Shown: piece by piece, positions 21,606 through 32,715 of the stretch
Position numbering within the stretch: the stretch's first letter is position 1
Layout: each line of letters begins with the position of its first letter
NCBI GenBank assembly: GCA_965208905.1
Contig: OZ242365.1
Coordinates: forward strand, 288,001 to 352,000
Direction of reading: 5' to 3'
DNA: 64,000 bases
Source: Nitrosopumilaceae archaeon
GTDB taxonomy: Archaea; Thermoproteota; Nitrososphaeria; Nitrososphaerales; Nitrosopumilaceae
Notes under the pieces: generated by a model
What the model was told of the DNA's origin: nothing
The model's input: only the letters and a program-made list of their open reading frames with translations
The model's database searches: none
Program-made: the position numbers and the translations under genes

Positions 21606-21974
21606 TTAACCTGTTATCTTCATGGCTGTATAAACTTCTGGCAGAGCATAACAGAAACCACAATGTAGACATTCTTCACTTTCACATGACTCACAGTATA
21701 ATGTGTGGTCTTTGATGACTACCTCTACTACACGATTGCTCTTTCTATCCCGTAATATGACCCTGTCACCGTCTATGCCTATCTTCCTTAACATTAGTGA
21801 GTTGTGTGCAATTGCTTTGTCCTTCATCATACGTCCCTCAAGCATATGCGAGACAAATCTAGAGAGGCTATAGGAGCCTACCTCATTTTTTACATTATCA
21901 CTGCCTATATGCACCCTGAATTGATCGTACAAATAATCAGGGATAGTTATTGATTTGTAACCTGGTTTTGGCAT
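21606..21974 (-). CDS. Hypothetical protein, N-terminal ribbon-helix-helix-like plus C-terminal Zn finger
   Basis: MPKPGYKSITI..LYD N-terminus; CxxCxxxxCxH C-terminus. Confidence 0.65.
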   Translation of the reverse strand: MPKPGYKSITIPDYLYDQFRVHIGSDNVKNEVGSYSLSRFVSHMLEGRMMKDKAIAHNSLMLRKIGIDGDRVILRDRKSNRVVEVVIKDHTLYCESCESEECLHCGFCYALPEVYTAMKITG

Positions 21975-22134
21975 TCTACTTCAGTATATAGTAGTATAAA
22001 GTATATTTAAATTTTGTATATAATTTGTATTAGTTGGTATGTAACAGATGTATGATGTTGAATATCTTTTAGCAATTTGAACCGGTATGCTTTAGGCATT
22101 CTGGCTCTGTAATACTTGGCATCATCGCTATCTA

Positions 22135-22374
22135 TCACATGTTGTCCATGATACACAATCCGTCGCCATTGTGCCCGTATCCCACCATATGGCTGAATTC
22201 ATGTGCCACCGTACGCCGTATTGTCGTTGTATGCATATTCGAGTCCAACCATATCACACCACGAGGAAACGTACCCCTTGTAGCCTTACCGCATGTGTTG
22301 GTAGAAAGTGGCTTGAATTTTATCACCAATGGTGCGCCGCGGTGCACGTATAAACACCAGTTGCAGATTAGCAT
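22135..22374 (-). pseudogene. Metzincin-type metallopeptidase fragment
   Basis: HEFSHMVGYGH (HExxHxxGxxH) followed by CIM Met-turn; ORF only 79 aa. Confidence 0.55.
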
Positions 22375-22709
22375 AACTTCAGGTCTTGCACAATCTCATC
22401 TGTGAAACTGCCATATTAAGCACTTTAAAATAATGTGATAGTATAGCATCCTTTTGCGCAAGTGGTTTGTTATGTCACATTTTGTTGTGTTTTTTTGGCC
22501 TATTCTGTGTATAATAACAATCTCTACAAGCTCTTATCTTTGTAGATGAAATCATAGAATTGCATGCCCAAAAGACATGATTAGAGATAATATCTACTCT
22601 ATAATCTAATTGAGAAAAAAGAACGTGCCTTAGTGAGATAATAAATTGTGAAACACCATTGAGAAGCCAATGCAGTTAAAATATATTTTGCCAATATACA
22701 ATTTTCTCT

Positions 22710-23696
22710 ATGTTTCCAAAAAAGCGCCTGCGTCGACTGCGAAAGTCTGATGGCATACGTCGACTGGTACAAGAGAGCCGCCTAAGTGTAGATGATTTGG
22801 TGTATCCTATACTTATCGGGGAGGGATTGAGTGAACCTCAAACCACAAAGTCTATGCCAGACATACAGATAATGCCTCCTCACATGATACATGATGAGAT
22901 GCAAAAGATACAAGAAGATGGAATATCCGCAGTGATGCTCTATGGAATACCACAGAGAAAGGATGGCATAGGCAGCTCGGCTTATGACAAAGATGGTGTG
23001 GTGCAGAACGCTATACGAGAGACACGAAGATCAACTCCAGATATGGTGATAATGGCGGATGTCTCCATGTGTCAGTATACGGATACAGGTCACTGTGGCA
23101 TATATGGTAAAGATACAGTGGACAACGATGCAACAATACGATATCTAGGAGAGATTGCCGCTAGCTATGCCAAGGTCGGGGTTGATGTGGTGTCACCATC
23201 GGCAATGATGGATGGTCAGGTTGCCGCTATAAGATCACGTCTTGACGATGAAGGGTATACCAATGTAACAATAATGTCACAGTCTGCCAAACACCACTCA
23301 TCACTATATGCGCCGTTCAGAGATACGGCCGATTGCGCCCCTAAATGGGGGGATCGTAGTGAATATCAGATATCGTACACAAACTCACGTCAAGCCATGT
23401 TGGAGGTAGCCTCAGATATTGCCGAAGGAGCCGATATCATCATGATAAAACCCGCAGCCATGTACCTGGACCTAGTGGCAGAATCTCGTAGGCGCTTTGA
23501 TGTACCTATAGCTGCATATAGTGCATCGGGTGAGTATGCGTTGGTACATGCGGCTCATACGCAAGGACTCATAGACAAAGATGCCGTCATTTTAGAGATG
23601 CTCGGGTCAATAAAGAGGGCGGGTGCCGACATAATCGTCACATATTTTGCCCCAGAAGTGTCTAGGTTATTACGGAGAACAGGTGGTCAGGATTAA
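22710..23696 (+). CDS. hemB: Porphobilinogen synthase (ALA dehydratase)
   Basis: RLRRLR, SPSAMMDGQV, YAPFRD, GADIIMIKP, SGEY. Confidence 0.95.
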   Translation: MFPKKRLRRLRKSDGIRRLVQESRLSVDDLVYPILIGEGLSEPQTTKSMPDIQIMPPHMIHDEMQKIQEDGISAVMLYGIPQRKDGIGSSAYDKDGVVQNAIRETRRSTPDMVIMADVSMCQYTDTGHCGIYGKDTVDNDATIRYLGEIAASYAKVGVDVVSPSAMMDGQVAAIRSRLDDEGYTNVTIMSQSAKHHSSLYAPFRDTADCAPKWGDRSEYQISYTNSRQAMLEVASDIAEGADIIMIKPAAMYLDLVAESRRRFDVPIAAYSASGEYALVHAAHTQGLIDKDAVILEMLGSIKRAGADIIVTYFAPEVSRLLRRTGGQD

Positions 23697-24142
23697 CGTG
23701 TATGTTAGGGTGCGCGATGAGCGCAAGTATATCATGGCGTAAAACTTGCTGAAGATGGTAAGATGTAGATTGCTAAAAGATTTAGACAGTTAGCTACTCT
23801 TTAGAAAAACAGAATTTTGAATCATCAAGAGACCAGAGTTACTGGGATATAATAAAGGAGTCACCAGCGACCACAAATCACATCATCGCTATGTGGTATT
23901 ATTAACCTTGAAACAGGTCTCCTGTGTGACTATGATTAGCCACTTTGAGTATTATATTATTTAATTGCAAAATCGGTAAGAGTTACGGGCCTGTATTGTA
24001 TAACTAAGAATGGTGTGTAGTAGAAATAGAGGCCAAGTTTGGCCAGATGTCATTCTGCTACAAATGTTGCCAGTGTTACAGTCCAACTGTATATGATCAT
24101 TTATATCTTTGCAATAATTTCTCGTATCTGTGAGAAGAATTT

Positions 24143-26044
24143 ATGGCGTTAGCAGGAATAGAGTTAAAGTATATAGTCAATTACATAGATAATGAAACAG
24201 AAGGGTACTATGTCAGTAACATATATGGAATAGATAGGGACAGTATATTATTCAAGTTACATCATCCAGACAAACCTGACATACTGCTGGTTTTATCCAC
24301 ATCCGGAGTATGGATAACCAGTACACGAATCACACAGATAGAGGAGAACAGACTAGTCCGGCGTCTACGAAGCGACCTGTTACGATTAAAATTAAAGAGT
24401 GTAGAGCAGGTAGGACTTGAGAGGATTGCATATATAAAATTTGGAGGTTTTGATAAGGAATTTGTTGTGGTGGGAGAGTTCTTTAAGGACGGAAACATAA
24501 TCCTGTGCAACGACAAAAAGAAGGTGCTAGCCCTACAGCATTCAATTGACGTGAGACATCGAAGTATAAGTGTGGGTCAAGAGTATACACAGCCACCACA
24601 GAATGGATTAGATCCGCTTGATCTCAAACTCAGTGACTTTAATAGTATAAAAGATACAAAGATGGTCTGCGCTCGATGGTTGGGAAGACAGTTAGGACTA
24701 CCTCGCCGATACGCTGAAGGCATACCATATAATGCAAATATAGAACCAAGCAAGAGTGGAGATACTCTAAGCAAAGATGAAATTACATTACTGTATAACT
24801 CTGCCAGACAGATAGTATCGGATGTTATAGAAGGAAGGCACGCTCCTACCATTTGGAAGGAGGGGGGCGAGGCATACCCCATAAAACTTGGAGAACAAAA
24901 AGACCTTACAGTTGTGGATAGTTTTATGGTAGGACTAGATGTAACGCTAACGCAACAGATACTACAGAAGGGTAGGGAGTCACAGGGTGGTGAATCGTCC
25001 ACTAAGGTGGAGTCATTAAAGTCGCAATTAAACGAGCAGAAGAGAGCAATACAGACAGTTACTAATAGGTCTGCATCAATTACCAATGTAGCCAATTCAT
25101 TATACACAATACTCTCTCAGGGGATACTCAGGCTGGATGCAAAAGAAGCCACAGAGATGCTAGCTCAGAATGGCGCTACACTAACAAAAGAGAAAGGTAT
25201 TCCCATCTTAAAGATCTTAGATGAAAAAATAAAGATAAATCTAGACGCACCACTGCAGTCCACTGCTTCTACATTATATACAGAGGCAAAGAGACAGTCG
25301 GCTGCCATTAAATCCATAGAAAAAATTATGGAAAAAACACGTAAAAAGATAGAGAGAGCCACCGACGAAACTCAAAAGCAACAGGAGAGCATCACGTATG
25401 CGCAGGTTCGAAAGAAAAATTGGTTTGAGAGATATAGGTGGTTTTTTACTACAGATGGTTCTTTGGCGATAGGTGGTCGTGATGCCCCTTCAAACTCTGC
25501 AGTTGTACGACGACATATGAAGGATAATGACTTTGTGTTTCACGCCGAGATATACGGCTCCCCATTCTTTATACTAAAAGAGGAGAAGCCCACAAATCTA
25601 AGTTTGGAAGAGGTAGCAGAAGCAACAATCTGTTTTAGCCGTGTATGGAGAGAAGGCATGTACGGTGTTGGCGCATATTGGGTACATCCAGATCAAGTTA
25701 AAAAGTCAGCCCCCAGCGGACAGTACCTACCCAAGGGATCATTTACAATAGAGGGACAGCGGAACTTTATCAAGGCGGGCAACAATATGAAGTTAGCCGT
25801 GGGCATGATACAGTATGAGGGAGACTCGTTGTTGACTTGCGGTCCACCAAATGCCATATCAAAGCACTCGGATGCATACGTCGTAATAGAACCCACAGGT
25901 TTAGACATGGTAGATGCTGCCAAAAAAATACGAAATGAGTTTTTGCGCATGAAGAAGCACGACTCCAAAGAATATACGATAGATGATTATGTTCGCATAC
26001 TACCTGCAGGGAGTAGCCGCATACTGCATGTACATGACGCATAA
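24143..26044 (+). CDS. rqcH: Rqc2/NEMF (NFACT) ribosome quality control protein
   Basis: NFACT-N (GNIIL), coiled coil, WFERYRWF..GGRDA..N NFACT-R, KSAPSGQYLPKGSF. Confidence 0.85.
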   Translation: MALAGIELKYIVNYIDNETEGYYVSNIYGIDRDSILFKLHHPDKPDILLVLSTSGVWITSTRITQIEENRLVRRLRSDLLRLKLKSVEQVGLERIAYIKFGGFDKEFVVVGEFFKDGNIILCNDKKKVLALQHSIDVRHRSISVGQEYTQPPQNGLDPLDLKLSDFNSIKDTKMVCARWLGRQLGLPRRYAEGIPYNANIEPSKSGDTLSKDEITLLYNSARQIVSDVIEGRHAPTIWKEGGEAYPIKLGEQKDLTVVDSFMVGLDVTLTQQILQKGRESQGGESSTKVESLKSQLNEQKRAIQTVTNRSASITNVANSLYTILSQGILRLDAKEATEMLAQNGATLTKEKGIPILKILDEKIKINLDAPLQSTASTLYTEAKRQSAAIKSIEKIMEKTRKKIERATDETQKQQESITYAQVRKKNWFERYRWFFTTDGSLAIGGRDAPSNSAVVRRHMKDNDFVFHAEIYGSPFFILKEEKPTNLSLEEVAEATICFSRVWREGMYGVGAYWVHPDQVKKSAPSGQYLPKGSFTIEGQRNFIKAGNNMKLAVGMIQYEGDSLLTCGPPNAISKHSDAYVVIEPTGLDMVDAAKKIRNEFLRMKKHDSKEYTIDDYVRILPAGSSRILHVHDA

Positions 26045-26447
26045 GTTTTTAGCAGATTCCATGGTGGGCGATGTGGCCAGAAATATGCGCATGTTGGGTC
26101 ATGACACCGAATATTATCCACACATGACACAATATGATACTTTACAGTATGCCACGACAACAGGTCGAATAATACTGACAAAGAATCAGAGGTTATTAAA
26201 GAAGGGTGTCTGCACAATATATGCTACAACTACACACGGCATAATGAAAAAAATAGTTGATACATTTGGTATAGCCACCGATATTGTCGTAAGTAAATCC
26301 AGATGTAGCATATGCAACGGTGAGCAGAGAGATATGGATGGTACAAGGAGACAATGCATACTGTGTGGTAAGATATACTGGGATGGGACGCACATCGAAC
26401 ATATGCGACAGATAGCAAAGACGTGGTGGCAATCTAGTCGCGTGTGA
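26034..26447 (+). CDS. Mut7-C (PIN-like RNase) domain protein with Zn ribbon
   Basis: FLADSMVG..AR.MRMLGHD, RIILTK, SRCSICNG, C..CGKIYWDGTH. Confidence 0.85.
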   Translation: MTHKFLADSMVGDVARNMRMLGHDTEYYPHMTQYDTLQYATTTGRIILTKNQRLLKKGVCTIYATTTHGIMKKIVDTFGIATDIVVSKSRCSICNGEQRDMDGTRRQCILCGKIYWDGTHIEHMRQIAKTWWQSSRV

Positions 26448-26814
26448 TGGTGCCAGCATCCACATCTACTGTTATTTTGGAGTTGTTCTGTAGTTTCATC
26501 TCAGATACGTCAAGTATTGCCAAAGGTATGTTGGCCACTGCACAACCGGTTACGACTGTAAGGTCAGGACGCCCACATAGCATGGCAGATGGTGCTACAT
26601 TATTGATTTTTAGAGAGTGTATCGTATAGGCTCCCACACTACTTCCTATGCCATGTGGAAATGCCAGTATCGTGTCTCGTAGAGATCGTTTGTATAGATC
26701 ATGTGATGCGTCCTGTATTACTCCAGTGTCTTTATTTATCATACCCAAAAAGTTGATGGGTTGATCAGTATGCACCAGTATGCCTGTGGCACGGCCTCCC
26801 ACCAATCGCTTCAT
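26434..26814 (-). CDS. Aconitase X small (swivel) subunit, DUF126; probable phosphomevalonate dehydratase subunit
   Basis: INFLG.I...TG, FPHGIGSSVG; paired with DUF521 gene. Confidence 0.85.
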   Translation of the reverse strand: MKRLVGGRATGILVHTDQPINFLGMINKDTGVIQDASHDLYKRSLRDTILAFPHGIGSSVGAYTIHSLKINNVAPSAMLCGRPDLTVVTGCAVANIPLAILDVSEMKLQNNSKITVDVDAGTITRD

Positions 26815-27965
26815 CGAGAATACTCCCGTATTATATCCTGAAGTGATTTTAGTGATACATCAAGGCCGTTTGATTTCTGTAGGTAGTAGGCCCCCTTGAT
26901 ACTATTTGTTATGACACCATCAGTGTCATCAGTGGATAACAGGGGTGTCAGGCATGCGCAGCAGTCCGCCAAAAGATGTACATTGGCCCTCTCCAAAGTC
27001 TCTATGTGTGGGGCAGCAGACTCTTTGACTGTGCGGGGACAGAAAAGCATGCACCTTTTGGTGAAGCGACGGCCCCGTAGCATCTCAATCAGTGATTCTA
27101 TCTCTGGTAGTGACAACTGTGGACTTCCCAGTATTATGGTGTCTCCAGTCTCAGCAGTATTTAGTTCATCATGAATCTTCTTTGCCTCTTGTCTACCAAA
27201 GGATATATGTTCTGTGTCAGGTGCAGTATCCGTGGTGAATTTGGCGCATGTGCCCGAAGTTCCCATACCTCCACACAACGCTTTGCATGCCCGTCGGTCT
27301 GATGGTACAGCGCCAGATATGGAGACGCACTTCTCAGAGACCCTTCCTGCAAAGAGACCCAACATGCCCCAGTCCAACTCTGTCAGATTAGGCATATCCA
27401 CATCTACGGTAACGTCTGGGGAGATATCTCCGCGAAATTCATTATAGGGACTCTTGCCGGTCAGTGCGCTAGCCAAGGCGCTAAAGGAACTCTCCTTGTT
27501 GGTCTTTAGTTTATCCAGTGAATTAGCATGAATAGCCGCATTGCTTTCAGCAAAAGATACTTGTGTGCCCGCTGTGGGAATATCGAATATATCGTATGGT
27601 ATGCAAGAGAATGATGTCTCGACGCCCATCATCTTATATGATGTTTTTATTGACTCTTGTTTCTTTATGAATTCGTCTGTGATGGCATATTCGTGTACTG
27701 TGTCCTTGTCGAATCCCGCTGGATTCAGTGTTGTCCTTACTTGTACTCTGGCTTTATGTCGTATGGATCGTAAAAACTGCTCACCAGCATCGCCAATTGT
27801 ATTGTAATTGACACCAGATAGATGGACCCAATGTATAGGAATCAATCTGTCCGCGTCGGTCGCCTCGCCAGTGGCTACAAGTATGCGGTAGGCCATCTGT
27901 AGTATGTCGCCATGCTCGCCTCTTAGAGCACCTTCCTCGTACTTTGTCAGTATCATGAATATCAT
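26811..27965 (-). CDS. Aconitase X large subunit, DUF521; probable phosphomevalonate dehydratase subunit
   Basis: HLSGVNY.TIG, TLNPAG, SCIPY, ESNA, LGSPQ, DCC..L, TNS.KGA.Y. Confidence 0.85.
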   Translation of the reverse strand: MIFMILTKYEEGALRGEHGDILQMAYRILVATGEATDADRLIPIHWVHLSGVNYNTIGDAGEQFLRSIRHKARVQVRTTLNPAGFDKDTVHEYAITDEFIKKQESIKTSYKMMGVETSFSCIPYDIFDIPTAGTQVSFAESNAAIHANSLDKLKTNKESSFSALASALTGKSPYNEFRGDISPDVTVDVDMPNLTELDWGMLGLFAGRVSEKCVSISGAVPSDRRACKALCGGMGTSGTCAKFTTDTAPDTEHISFGRQEAKKIHDELNTAETGDTIILGSPQLSLPEIESLIEMLRGRRFTKRCMLFCPRTVKESAAPHIETLERANVHLLADCCACLTPLLSTDDTDGVITNSIKGAYYLQKSNGLDVSLKSLQDIIREYSR

Positions 27966-28013
27966 ATCATCATAACACTATATTATATGCGCATACAGGT
28001 TGCATATATTGTG

Positions 28014-28715
28014 ATGTATGACATATCCATAACGCTAGATGGTATGCGGGATACAATGAAGGCAGAGAAGCCGCCCCGAATAACCGCGCTACGGGAGTTG
28101 CACGATGCCGAAGACCGGGGGCCTTTCAGTATACTGATAGGAACCATACTGTCTGCTAGAACTCGAGATGAGAATACGGCCAAGGTTGTGCGAGCACTCT
28201 TTGATGTATACAGTACACCGGCCGAGTTAGCTGCTGCGGACTATGATGATGTTAAAAAGATAATCAAATCTATAGGATTTTACCGTGTAAAAGCCAAAAG
28301 AATCATAGATGTTGCTAAAATCATAGTAGAACGGTATGATGGCCAGGTACCCGATGATATGGAAGGTTTGATATCACTACCTGGTGTAGGTAGAAAGACG
28401 GCCAACTGTGTCTTGGTGTACGCCTTTGAGAAGCCTGCCATTCCTGTGGATATACATGTACACCGTATATCAAATCGATTGGGCATTGTAAATACAAAGA
28501 CTCCAGAGGAGACTGAGATGGAACTACAAAGGATAATACCTCAAAATTACTGGTTGGAGATAAATGACACATTTGTAATGTATGGTCAAAACATATGCAA
28601 ACCCATATCACCCATGTGCAATGTATGCCGTATTCAGGACAAATGCGCCTTTTACTCTATGAGCGCCTCTTTGAAAGGAAGAGAGCCCCCACCAAAATCC
28701 CCACCGCAGCAGTGA
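28014..28715 (+). CDS. nth: Endonuclease III (HhH-GPD DNA glycosylase)
   Basis: LPGVGRKTA, VDIHVHR, C-x6-C-x2-C-x5-C FeS motif. Confidence 0.9.
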   Translation: MYDISITLDGMRDTMKAEKPPRITALRELHDAEDRGPFSILIGTILSARTRDENTAKVVRALFDVYSTPAELAAADYDDVKKIIKSIGFYRVKAKRIIDVAKIIVERYDGQVPDDMEGLISLPGVGRKTANCVLVYAFEKPAIPVDIHVHRISNRLGIVNTKTPEETEMELQRIIPQNYWLEINDTFVMYGQNICKPISPMCNVCRIQDKCAFYSMSASLKGREPPPKSPPQQ

Positions 28716-29397
28716 TCACAAATGGAAACAGGGCATAGATGTTGTCTGTGGGATTTCCTGAAAGAAACTCCACCAGCAAGAATCCTGAGTTTGTAGCTTG
28801 TGGATCAGAGGTGGCCTCCATGCCAAAGACCGAATACGAGCCAACTACAAATGTGCCCACATCAAGATTGCTTACCACAATTCTTTCACCATTATTCACG
28901 GTGAGTCCGCCCCGGTCTGTATATGAAAGGTTCACCCGAGCGTCAGGAAACCAGCCACGGTCTGTATTGCTGTGTATGACGACGTATCCTTCCCGGGGCA
29001 TCTGGGCCGCTAGCCAAAACTTATGATCTGGATTGGCACCCATACCCACCTCAATGAACCGGTCTGGATCAAACGCATCGTGTATGCGCAGTACAGCGTT
29101 ACCCAAAGGATTGGCGTACAATATATCGTTGGATATTGTTATCTGCCAGCTTATTGGGTGGTTTTCATTTAGTTGTACTGTGGAGGCATCACGGCCCACC
29201 CGATTGAACTCGAACCATGGTATCTCTACCTCCTGTATGGATAATGAGGGGTTTTTGACGTCTTGCGCCGATACTGACTGTATAGGTATGGATATCAGTA
29301 TAGATACAAGTAGTACAACAGTACACTGTTTAATTCGCATCAAATCAGATATGTTACGGAGCGATAAATATCTAATCTGAGATATAGCCCTGTGCAA
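28657..29397 (-). CDS. Secreted or membrane-anchored hypothetical protein
   Basis: Signal-like hydrophobic N-terminus; C-terminal TM plus basic tail (KRRS). Confidence 0.7.
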   Translation of the reverse strand: MHRAISQIRYLSLRNISDLMRIKQCTVVLLVSILISIPIQSVSAQDVKNPSLSIQEVEIPWFEFNRVGRDASTVQLNENHPISWQITISNDILYANPLGNAVLRIHDAFDPDRFIEVGMGANPDHKFWLAAQMPREGYVVIHSNTDRGWFPDARVNLSYTDRGGLTVNNGERIVVSNLDVGTFVVGSYSVFGMEATSDPQATNSGFLLVEFLSGNPTDNIYALFPFVITAAVGILVGALFLSKRRS

Positions 29398-29490
29398 ACT
29401 TCACTACGGCGAAGAAATGCCGTAAATCCTAAAATCTAAAAGTCCGTCATGTGTAATCCCGTACAATATGAGAGCTGACAGGCTAGAAAC

Positions 29491-30690
29491 CTAGGGGACA
29501 AACTTGTTGGGCATACGCAGAATCAGTCTGGCAACCTCGGGCCTCATAATAAATTCGGAGGGCATTATATTATTCTCCACCAACTCTCGTAGTTTCGTAC
29601 CACTGATGGTCACTCTGTCCTCAACATTGTGGGGACACACCTTGCTGTTGGTAAATGTAAGGCAACTACGACAGTAAAAGAAGGCAGGAAAGAAGATGGG
29701 TGCAATCTCCAAGTCCGGATAATCGTCAAATATTCGGTGCGCAGCAAACGGGTCATAAAAATTGCCTACACCAGCATGGTCTCGGCCTATGGCTATATGC
29801 GTGCAGCCATAGTTCTGGCGCATTATAGAGTGGTGTATGGCCTCTTTGGGCCCGGCGTACTTCATCTCTGTATGTAGTGTAGACATCTTGCATCGGTTGG
29901 TGGTGTAATAGTATAGTATCATCAGTTCATAGGATTTTATTATTACTTCGTTAGTAAAGTCGCCAGACTTTTTCTCTCCCACTATAGGACTCACAAATAC
30001 GCCATCACGAACGGTAATGGATGTCTTTTGTAGCATCTCATGAGCTACATGTGGAGGATTTCGCGTCTGAAACGCCACTATGGTCTTCCATCGCATATCA
30101 CTGAACATGTTTCTAGTCTCTATCGGGGTCAGGCGATGGCGGCGAAGCTCAGTCATGTAAGGGCGTTCCAGATATGTTATCTTGCCCCCCAAGGCGTACT
30201 TCTCCGTGGTGAGGGTCTTTGCCACTCCCGGATGTGAAGTGTCCATCGTGCCAAAGATTTTCTGTGCCATCTCTTTATGAGGAATCTCGAATAACTCATC
30301 TACATGTAGTACTGCATAATTATGTCTGTATGGGTCCTGCAACAAGACATCTCCAGCATCCTTTGCTTTTAGGGCCGTCATCTTGTCTACAGGAAATAGT
30401 ATGGGAACTGTCCAAGCGATATCGTTTGCTAGACGGCCTCGATTCATCACCGACTCCAAGTCTTGCGCCCCCATGAAACCTTCCAGAGGACTCATTATAC
30501 CATCGGCGATATTTTCAGCATCAGCAGCAAAGTCCGCCCCTGTCTTAATGGTAGGGATATCTCCAATGTTGATATTGCCAAATCGGTTTACCAGAGTACC
30601 TCCATGCGGGCGAATACCTTTACTTGATGCGGAAGAAGACTCCATTTTGGACTCTTTCATTGTAGTTTCAGACATCATGATGTAATCCAC
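29491..30690 (-). CDS. sat: Sulfate adenylyltransferase
   Basis: [36 protein letters not shown]. Confidence 0.95.
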   Translation of the reverse strand: MDYIMMSETTMKESKMESSSASSKGIRPHGGTLVNRFGNINIGDIPTIKTGADFAADAENIADGIMSPLEGFMGAQDLESVMNRGRLANDIAWTVPILFPVDKMTALKAKDAGDVLLQDPYRHNYAVLHVDELFEIPHKEMAQKIFGTMDTSHPGVAKTLTTEKYALGGKITYLERPYMTELRRHRLTPIETRNMFSDMRWKTIVAFQTRNPPHVAHEMLQKTSITVRDGVFVSPIVGEKKSGDFTNEVIIKSYELMILYYYTTNRCKMSTLHTEMKYAGPKEAIHHSIMRQNYGCTHIAIGRDHAGVGNFYDPFAAHRIFDDYPDLEIAPIFFPAFFYCRSCLTFTNSKVCPHNVEDRVTISGTKLRELVENNIMPSEFIMRPEVARLILRMPNKFVP

Positions 30691-31381
30691 ACTCCTTTAT
30701 ACCCTTCTCCCACCACCAGCGTCCAGCTCGCATATCTTCGCCGGGGTTGACTCTTCTAGTGCACGGTTCACACCCTATGCTAGGATATCCTTCATCTAGT
30801 AGTTGATTGTACGATAGATCATGCTCTTTTATGTACGACCAGACATCATCCCAACTCCAATTTATGATGGGATTTATCTTTAGTATATGATCATGAATGT
30901 GATCGATTTGAAACATAGAGGCATCCTGACGAGTCTGTGTCTGATCCCGTCGCAAGCCTGTAACCCAGCCATCCAATGTAGCCAACATCTTATTCATAGG
31001 TTGGACTTTACGTATATTACAACATAGCTTTCTATTCTCTATACTGTCATAGAATAGGTTCTGACCTTTGCTGTTCACCATATCTTGCACTTGTTTGGTG
31101 TCTGGAAAGAGTACTGTAATATTAGCACCATACTGCTTGCGGGCCACATCTATGGCAGTATGGGTGGCTTGTGGGAGGCGGCCAGTGTCCAGCGTAAAGA
31201 AGAGGAAGTCTGGGTTTATCTTTATGATTATATCCATAAGTACAGCATCTTCGGCACCAAAGCTGGACGCCTTGCCCACTCTAGGATGCAAATTCTCAGA
31301 TGCCCATGTAATAGCATCCTCGGCGGTGCATATCTCTGCATTCAGTTTTTCCACCATATCCGGGGTAAATCTCTTCAACAA
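30668..31381 (-). CDS. cysH: APS/PAPS reductase (FeS-binding APS reductase type)
   Basis: [34 protein letters not shown]. Confidence 0.9.
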   Translation of the reverse strand: MLKRFTPDMVEKLNAEICTAEDAITWASENLHPRVGKASSFGAEDAVLMDIIIKINPDFLFFTLDTGRLPQATHTAIDVARKQYGANITVLFPDTKQVQDMVNSKGQNLFYDSIENRKLCCNIRKVQPMNKMLATLDGWVTGLRRDQTQTRQDASMFQIDHIHDHILKINPIINWSWDDVWSYIKEHDLSYNQLLDEGYPSIGCEPCTRRVNPGEDMRAGRWWWEKGIKECGLHHDV

Positions 31382-31633
31382 TACTCCATACTATATCGTT
31401 TTAATTTACCTTGTGATTTTGGGTTCATCTGCAGATGCACAACACTCCATATGGTGTGACATAAAACACGTAGTTAAACCCACTCTGCACGGTACAAGGG
31501 ACGATATGGCATTATTGTCCAAATACAGGCTTTGAAGATATGATCTGTACATCACATGTGATGTCTTTGGTGCCATCTGTAGACTGTATAGTTCTACAGG
31601 GGAATTCAGGTCTTGTACATGTCAAAAAACCTT

Positions 31634-32677
31634 TGTATTATGTCGAAATTATTTCGCCTAGTCATCGGTGTCCCTCTCCATCCATTCTAAGTCACTCTTC
31701 CTGACATCATCTGGTACTTTTTTGTTGTGAAATGCCTGTAGCGGGGTCTCGCCATTGTTTATGTCTAAAGACCAGTGCAGTCGCACCTCGTTGTAGTACG
31801 CGACAAACTCCGCTAGGCTGCCAAAATGACATAGTTCTTCTTCCAAGGTGCGGTGGAACCGTTCAAGCTTGCCGTTTGTTTGTGGGTGGTAGGGGCGGAT
31901 GTTGATCAACTCAATACCCCGGTCAAGCAGCTCTGCCTCAAATATAGTGGGGGTCCATGATTTTGCAGGAATCTTTCTTCTCACACCCACAAAGCACGAT
32001 CCGTTGTCGGAGAGTATGGTGGCCGGGGTTCCAAACTCAACAATGCTATTTTGCAGGACTGTTACCGCGTTCTCGGATGTGGCCCCCTTGAATATCATGG
32101 CTCCAACCACACATCTTGACGCATCATCAAGATATGTGATTAATTGGTAGCCTTGAAAACGTGGATCTTTCATCGCATGCCAGTCCGTATGCCACATCGC
32201 ATTGGAGTATCTGCGCTCATAGCGTATCCATTTACGCCTGCGCGATTTTGCTGCAGATAGAGTGACCATATTGTTTTCTTTCATGATTGTGTATACCGTT
32301 TTTTCACTTATTTGTATGCCCTTGTGATTTAAGTACTTGGTGATCCTTGTGACGCCTGCTGGCATTATACGATGTGCTGCTAGTACGACGTTGGTTTGCT
32401 CCTCGGTGGGAGGAATCTTGGGTCTGCCTGGCATTTGTAGTGTGGGAATCTTGCCCGTTGCACGATACATTGCCCAGAGTTGTTGTACGCGTCTCTGGCT
32501 AATCTTCATCTCTGTAGCAATGTGTGATGTACTACTACCTTTCCTGCATTGTCGAATGATATAATCTATCTGCTTCTGTGTCAGATTGACTCTCATGGGT
32601 TTGCGTGATCTATATAGACTAAAATATTCTTTGGTTGGCAGTCTAAAGTTAGGGCGAACTAATTTCCGCACAATAGA
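31634..32677 (-). mobile_element. IS481-family element, 1044 bp, imperfect 25-bp IRs, 16-bp direct repeat on both sides
   Basis: IRs TGTATTATGTCGAAATTATTTCGCC / TCTATTGTGCGGAAATTAGTTCGCC; CATGTCAAAAAACCTT at 31618-31633 and 32678-32693. Confidence 0.9.
31658..32596 (-). CDS. IS481-family DDE transposase (intact)
   Basis: HTH N-terminus; WHTD, LSDNG, PQTNGKLERF (D-D-E); start placed at ATG 32596. Confidence 0.9.
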   Translation of the reverse strand: MRVNLTQKQIDYIIRQCRKGSSTSHIATEMKISQRRVQQLWAMYRATGKIPTLQMPGRPKIPPTEEQTNVVLAAHRIMPAGVTRITKYLNHKGIQISEKTVYTIMKENNMVTLSAAKSRRRKWIRYERRYSNAMWHTDWHAMKDPRFQGYQLITYLDDASRCVVGAMIFKGATSENAVTVLQNSIVEFGTPATILSDNGSCFVGVRRKIPAKSWTPTIFEAELLDRGIELINIRPYHPQTNGKLERFHRTLEEELCHFGSLAEFVAYYNEVRLHWSLDINNGETPLQAFHNKKVPDDVRKSDLEWMERDTDD

Positions 32678-32715
32678 CATGTCAAAAAACCTTCTAAAAG
32701 TATATTTAAGATACG

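Noticed and set aside
23715-23755. Possible C/D box sRNA (GCGATGA...CTGA) downstream of hemB
   Set aside because: Box C is imperfect and there are no recognisable internal D'/C' boxes or evident target.
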